Below, piece after piece: positions 59,281-64,000 of a DNA stretch of 64,000 nucleotides; position 1 is the stretch's first letter, and every line of letters starts with the position of its first letter. Under the pieces are notes generated by a model. That model searched no databases. It was not told where the DNA came from and saw only the letters and a program-made list of their open reading frames with translations. The stretch covers positions 20,780 to 84,779 of the forward strand of contig CAVTBD010000001.1 of assembly GCA_963732875.1 (NCBI GenBank). The letters are read 5' to 3'. Source of the DNA: an uncultured Alphaproteobacteria bacterium. Its GTDB lineage: Bacteria; Pseudomonadota; Alphaproteobacteria; SMXQ01. A program made the position numbers and the translations under genes.

Positions 59281-60137
59281 CGGCCGCCAAGGACACGGAC
59301 CGCATCGCCGCGCGCTTCGCCGTGCTTCAGGGCGAAGGCCGCGCTGGTCTCATCACCTTCGTCACCGCCGGCGATCCCGACTTCGACACCTCGCTCGCGC
59401 TGGTCGAGGGCCTGCCCGGCGCCGGCGCCGACGTGATCGAGCTCGGCATGCCGTTCTCCGACCCGATGGCGGACGGCCCGGCGATACAGGCCGCCTCCCT
59501 GCGCGCGCTCAAGGCCGGTGAGAACATGATCCGGACGCTGGAGCTGGTGCGCCGGTTCCGCGCGCGCGACGACGCGACACCGATCGTGCTGATGGGCTAT
59601 TACAACCCGATCTACATCTACGGCAACGAACGCTTCCTCGCCGACGCCAGGGCCGCCGGTGTCGACGGGCTGATCGTGGTCGACCTGCCGCCCGAGGAGG
59701 ACAGCGAGCTGTGCCTGCCGTCTCGCGCGGCCGGGCTCCACTTCATCCGCCTCGCCACGCCCACCACCGACGAGAAGCGCATGGGCCGCGTGCTGCAGAA
59801 CACCTCGGGCTTCCTCTACTACGTCTCGATCACCGGCATCACCGGCACGCGCGCGGTGGACGCGGGCGACGTCGCCAGCCACCTCGCCCGCCTGCGCAAG
59901 CGCACGGAGCTGCCGATCGCGGTCGGCTTCGGCATCAAGACGCCCGAGCAGGCCGCCGCCATCGCGCGGGTCGCCGACGCCGCGGTGGTGGGCTCGGCCC
60001 TGGTCGAGCGCGTGCGCGAGGGGCTTGACGCACAAGGGCGCGCAAAGGCAGCCTTGGTCCCCGACGCGCTCGACTACGTCGCGGCGCTCGCGGCAGGCGT
60101 ACGCGGCGCGCGCAAGACACCGGCAACGGCAGGCTGA
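59277..60137 (+). CDS. trpA: Tryptophan synthase alpha chain
   Basis: GTG start overlapping the trpB stop. ...[22 protein letters not shown]... Confidence 0.9.
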
Positions 60138-60145
60138 ACGGCACC

Positions 60146-61075
60146 ATGAACTGGCTCAAGAATTTCGTCCGACCGAAGATCCGCGCACTGGTGCGCAAGG
60201 AGAACGTGCCCGAGAACCTGTGGCACAAGTGTCCCGCCTGCGAGCAGATGATCTTCCATCGCGAGCTCGCGGCCAACCTCTACGTCTGCACCCACTGCAA
60301 CCACCACATGCGGGTCTCCGCCAAGGACCGGCTCGACATGGTGTTCGACGAAGGCAGCTACCAGCTCGTGGAGCTGCCCGAGACCATCGACGACCCCCTG
60401 CGCTTCCGCGACCAGAAGCGTTACGGCGACCGCCTCAAGGAAGCGCGCAACAAGACCAAGGTCGGCGACGCGATCCTGGTGGCCCACGGCAAGGTCGGTG
60501 GCGTCGGCGCGGTGGTGGCGGCGTTCGACTTTCGGTTCATGGGCGGTTCCATGGGCGTAGCGGTGGGCGAGGGCTTCGTCACGGCGGCGCGTCTCGCCGT
60601 GCTGCAGGAGGCGCCGCTGATCGTGTTCCCGTCGTCGGGTGGCGCGCGCATGCAGGAAGGGATTCTGTCGCTGATGCAGATGCCGCGCACCACGGTCGCG
60701 GTCGAGGGCTTGCGCGACGCGGGCCTGCCCTATCTGGTGGTGCTGACCGATCCCACCACCGGCGGCGTGTCGGCATCGTTCGCCATGCTGGGCGACATCG
60801 CCATCGCCGAACCGGGCGCGATCATCGGCTTCGCCGGCACGCGCGTGATCGAGGACACCATCCGCGAGACCCTGCCCGAGGGCTTCCAGCGCGCCGAGTA
60901 CCTGCTCGAGCACGGCATGATCGACATGGTGGTGCCGCGCGGCGAGATGCGCGCGACACTGGTGCGCCTGCTCGACCTGTTGCGCAACCCGGCGCCCGCG
61001 GGCGACGTGGTGCCCCTGCCCGCCGGTGCCGGCCTCGCCGCCGCCAAGGGCGCGAGGCCCGCCCCTGGCAAGTAG
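60146..61075 (+). CDS. accD: Acetyl-CoA carboxylase carboxyltransferase beta subunit
   Basis: Zinc ribbon CPACEQMIF...CTHCNHH and the CT domain. Confidence 0.95.
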   Translation: MNWLKNFVRPKIRALVRKENVPENLWHKCPACEQMIFHRELAANLYVCTHCNHHMRVSAKDRLDMVFDEGSYQLVELPETIDDPLRFRDQKRYGDRLKEARNKTKVGDAILVAHGKVGGVGAVVAAFDFRFMGGSMGVAVGEGFVTAARLAVLQEAPLIVFPSSGGARMQEGILSLMQMPRTTVAVEGLRDAGLPYLVVLTDPTTGGVSASFAMLGDIAIAEPGAIIGFAGTRVIEDTIRETLPEGFQRAEYLLEHGMIDMVVPRGEMRATLVRLLDLLRNPAPAGDVVPLPAGAGLAAAKGARPAPGK

Positions 61076-61079
61076 CCGC

Positions 61080-62373
61080 GTGCTCCGGCGCCTCACGGCG
61101 CTGCATCCCAGGACGATCGACCTTTCCCTCGGCCGGATCGAGCGGCTGCTGGCCGCGCTCGGCCATCCCGAACACCGACTGCCGCCGGTGATCCACGTCG
61201 CCGGCACCAACGCCAAGGGCTCGGTGGTGGCCTACCTGCGCGCCATGTTCGAGGCATCGGGACAGCGCGTCCACGTCTACACCTCGCCCCACCTGGTGCG
61301 CTTCCACGAGCGCATCCGCGTCGCCGGGCGACTGATCACCGAACGCGCTCTCGAACAGGCGCTGACCGAGTGCGAGCGCGCCAATGCGGGCGAGCCAATC
61401 ACTTTCTTCGAGATCACTACGGCGGCTGCGTTCCTCGCGTTTTCGCGCACCCCCGCCGACGTCACCCTGCTCGAGGTCGGGCTCGGCGGCAGGCTCGACG
61501 CCACGAATGTGATTACCCGCCCGCGCGTCACCGCGATCACGCCCATCGCCATGGACCACCAGCATTTCCTCGGCGACACGCGCGCCGCCATCGCCGGCGA
61601 GAAGGCGGGAATCCTCAAGCGGGCCGTGCCCTGCGTGGTCGGACCCCAGGATGCCGTGGCCGCGCGCGTGATCGCCCAAGCGGCACGCAAAACCGGCACG
61701 CCGCTGATCCGGCTCGGCACGGAATTCCGTGTCACCCGCGCCCGCGACGGGGCGCTGCGTTACCGCGACGGCGACGGCACTATCCGCTTTCCCGCCCCGG
61801 CGCTCGCCGGTGCGCACCAATACGCCAATGCCGCGACTGCGATCGCCGATCGCCCGCGCGTTCGGACGCGGCGCGCCCGGCGACGATGCGATCGCGCGAG
61901 GGCTGACGGAGGTGGACTGGCCGGCACGGCTGCAACGCCTCGGCGCGGGCCGGCTCACCGCGCCGCTCGCCGCGCGCGGCTTCGAGGTCTGGCTCGACGG
62001 CGGGCATAATCCCCACGCCGCCCGCGCGCTGGCACGGACGCTCGCCGGTTGGGACGCCGGGGCGCGGCGACCGCTCTATCTCGTCACGGGCATGATCGAG
62101 AGCAAGGATCCGAAGGGGTTTTTCAGGGCCCTGACGCCGCGCGTGACAGCCGCCTGGTGCGTGCCGGTGCCGGGCGAACATGCCGCCATCGCCGCCGATG
62201 TGCTCACGCGCACTGCGCGGGACGCAGGTTTGCGGGCGCGCGCCGCGGCATCCCTCGAGGCCGCCCTCGAGGCCGTCGCCCGGCGCCGGCCGGGACGCGT
62301 CCTGATCGCAGGCTCGCTCTACCTCGCCGGCGCCGTGCTGGCGGCCGAGGGCCGCGCCGCCAAGCCGCGCTGA
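61080..62373 (+). CDS. folC: Dihydrofolate synthase/folylpolyglutamate synthase, with an apparent frameshift from a 7-bp tandem duplication at 61841-61854
   Basis: N-terminal (HVAGTNAKGS P-loop) in ORF 61026..62009. C-terminal (...GGHNPHAARALA...) in ORF 61729..62373. GATCGCCGATCGCC at the junction. Confidence 0.85.
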
Positions 62374-62395
62374 ACCGGAGCCCGGCTTCCCATCC

Positions 62396-62437
62396 GTAAA
62401 AAATGGAACCGGCGCGGACCCCGAAGGGCCGCGCCGG
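62396..62437 (-). terminator. Rho-independent terminator of small-peptide cassette 1 (also downstream of folC)
   Basis: Minus strand CCGGCGCGGcccttcggggtCCGCGCCGG followed by TTCCATTTTTTAC. A near-identical hairpin lies at 63434-63467. Confidence 0.6.
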
Positions 62438-62486
62438 CTCGATCATATCCGCCGCGCAGACGCGCAGGGCGGGCAATGAAGCGTGA

Positions 62487-62666
62487 CTACTCGTTGTCGC
62501 CGGAGTCTTCGCTCGGAGTGAGCGGGTTGTCCCCCTCGTTATCGCCGGGGTAGGCCGAGGCGTCGTCCTGATAGATCGCCTTGGCGGCGTCATTGGTGAC
62601 GGCCGCGAAAGCCGGGGTGGAAAGGGCGACGAGAACCGTCATCACGGTCATCAGCGTCTTGGTCAT
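62487..62666 (-). CDS. Small secreted acidic peptide (59-aa precursor), paralog 1
   Basis: SD GGAGA. MTKTLMTVMTVLVALSTPAFA|AVTNDAAKAIYQDDASAYPGDNEGDNPLTPSEDSGDNE. Confidence 0.55.
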   Translation of the reverse strand: MTKTLMTVMTVLVALSTPAFAAVTNDAAKAIYQDDASAYPGDNEGDNPLTPSEDSGDNE

Positions 62667-62739
62667 CTGTGTCTCCATAGGAGTGTTGCGGCGGTTCTCC
62701 CGTCGCTTCCGGCCGGCAGGGCCGCGTCGGATTTCCACA

Positions 62740-62900
62740 AAATACGCGCCACAGTAAAAAAATCAATTCAACAAACGATGTTCACGGAGATTTGAAGTAG
62801 ATCATACATTTATGCAACAGCTTACATCGAAAATGCGTGATATTTATTGAGAAGATCTCGTGCCATTATTTAAACAAACTGTGGCGTGATTTGGACAAAC
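62740..62900. promoter_or_regulatory. AT-rich upstream region of peptide gene 1 carrying ATTTATGCAA / TTACAT motifs
   Basis: About 70% AT over 160 bp in a 68% GC genome. Motifs at 62808-62829 are shared with cassette 2. Confidence 0.4.
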
Positions 62901-62912
62901 GGGCCGCCCCCC

Positions 62913-62945
62913 GGAATCGAAAGGCCCCGCCGATCGGGCGGGGCC
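62913..62945 (-). terminator. Rho-independent terminator downstream of trxA
   Basis: Minus strand GGCCCCGCCcgatcGGCGGGGCC followed by TTTCGATT. Confidence 0.55.
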
Positions 62946-62971
62946 TCGTGACAGCGGATGGACGCGGCCGG

Positions 62972-63292
62972 TCAGATCACCGACTCGACCCATTCCATCA
63001 GGGCGCTCTTGGGCGCGGTGCCGACCTTGGTGCCGGCCACCTGGCCGTTCTTGAACAGGATCAGCGTGGGGATGCCGCGCACGCCGTACTTGGACGGGGT
63101 CTGTGGATTGTTGTCGATGTTGACCTTGGCAATGGTGAGACGGCCGCCGAACTCCTTCGCCATCTCCTCGAGCACCGGGGCGATCTGCTTGCACGGACCG
63201 CACCACTCGGCCCAGAAATCCACCAGCACCGGCCCCGGCGCGCTGAGCACATCCTTGTCGAAGCTGGCGTCGGTCACTTGCGTCAAACTCAT
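62972..63292 (-). CDS. trxA: Thioredoxin
   Basis: WCGPC active site, 106 aa. Confidence 0.95.
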   Translation of the reverse strand: MSLTQVTDASFDKDVLSAPGPVLVDFWAEWCGPCKQIAPVLEEMAKEFGGRLTIAKVNIDNNPQTPSKYGVRGIPTLILFKNGQVAGTKVGTAPKSALMEWVESVI

Positions 63293-63433
63293 GGTCTTCC
63301 CCTATGTGCTGTTATGGAACTCCGGCCACGTCGGCGGCGAGTCTAGAGGGGCGCGGGAGGCGAGGTCAAGCAAGCCCACCGGGCCATCGAAGTGCTTGGA
63401 TATGGTGGCTTTTGCAGCGTCAGCAAGGGCCCG

Positions 63434-63467
63434 AAATGGAACCGGCGCGACCCTATGTCGCGCCGGC
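63434..63467 (-). terminator. Terminator of small-peptide cassette 2 (same family as 62396-62437)
   Basis: AAATGGAACCGGCGCGAccctatGTCGCGCCGGCTCG. Confidence 0.5.
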
Positions 63468-63552
63468 TCGTAACAGGCTGGCGGGTGGTGGAACATCATC
63501 GCGGGGAAACGGTCCGCCTCCCGATCACCACCCGTGCGCCGGTGCGATCGGT

Positions 63553-63723
63553 CTAGTCGCCGCCGCCGCCGCCGCCACCCTCACCCTCGCCGGAGGGCTG
63601 CTCCGGCTGGGCAGCGCCCTCGTCCTGGTGAACGGTGCCCTGATGATCGCCGGTGATCGCCGCGAAGGCGGGCGTGCTCATCGCGAAAAGGACGGCAAGC
63701 GCCGCCGCAATTTTCTTGCTCAT
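63553..63723 (-). CDS. Small secreted acidic Gly-rich peptide (56-aa precursor), paralog 2
   Basis: SD GGAGCA. MSKKIAAALAVLFAMSTPAFA|AITGDHQGTVHQDEGAAQPEQPSGEGEGGGGGGGD. Shares the STPAFAA(V/I)T(N/G)D junction with paralog 1. Confidence 0.5.
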   Translation of the reverse strand: MSKKIAAALAVLFAMSTPAFAAITGDHQGTVHQDEGAAQPEQPSGEGEGGGGGGGD

Positions 63724-63789
63724 GACGTGCTCCTTGGGGTTCTGGTTGCACCGCTCTTCGCGGTGCGTCCGGCAGCGAACTGTCGCGCC

Positions 63790-63950
63790 GAACGTGAAAA
63801 ACTCTACGCGCTCCCCTTAAAAGGGCAAAATGAACAATTATGATTTGTTTATGGTTATTTTGTGGAACGGCCATAATTTATGTAAATTCTTGAGTTTTTA
63901 CATAAGAAGTAAAATATACGTTATGTAAATACCCTATGTCTTTTTAGGTC
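63790..63950. promoter_or_regulatory. AT-rich upstream region of peptide gene 2 with three copies of TTATGTAAAT / TTTACATAA
   Basis: aatttatgtaaat (63875-63887), tttacataa (63897-63905, inverted), ttatgtaaat (63921-63930). Confidence 0.4.
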
Positions 63951-64000
63951 CCGACCTGCGCACCATCGAGCATGGCATCGGGCAAGGCGATCAGCCGGGG

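Overview
High-GC (~67-68%) alphaproteobacterial chromosomal segment, gene-dense on both strands and dominated by housekeeping loci. The taxonomic guess rests on the Hsp20+DUF1150 pair, the TIGR02300 zinc-ribbon protein, a sigma-32-type heat-shock promoter and the kdsD-lptCAB-rpoN-ptsN synteny.

Recognisable blocks, in order:
- An aromatic-catabolism-like island: IclR regulator, two tandem VanA-like Rieske oxygenase paralogs (one degraded) and a periplasmic solute-binding protein.
- The thrS-infC ... rpmI-rplT-pheS-pheT translation cluster, which is interrupted between infC and rpmI by about 6.3 kb. The inserted block carries a divergent ClC anion channel and an FNT channel followed by CysI/CysJ-like siroheme reductase genes.
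- An LPS/glycosyltransferase cluster (GT9 heptosyltransferase, GT4, hydrolase, epimerase, TPR).
- gltDB, uppP, tRNA-Leu(CAG), then rnd-kdsD-lptC-lptA-lptB-rpoN-ptsN with no hpf.
- hsp20-DUF1150, trkH, tRNA-Ala(GGC), then aroA-cmk-rpsA, sppA, ihfB, lapA, pyrF, trpF-(TPR/GT9-like)-trpB-trpA-accD-folC.
- trxA flanked by two paralogous small secreted acidic peptide cassettes.

Several intergenic repeat families are present: a GGAGAGGG-hairpin element (3 copies), a 50-bp nested palindrome (2 copies), a TIR-bounded MITE-like element and recurring terminator hairpins.

At least eight genes carry apparent single-site frameshifts (IclR x2, Rieske copy 1 x2, pheS, thrS, lptA, folC), including essential genes. 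This is most parsimoniously assembly or sequencing indel error, but each site is listed so it can be checked.

No CRISPR arrays, rRNA, integrases or transposases were seen.
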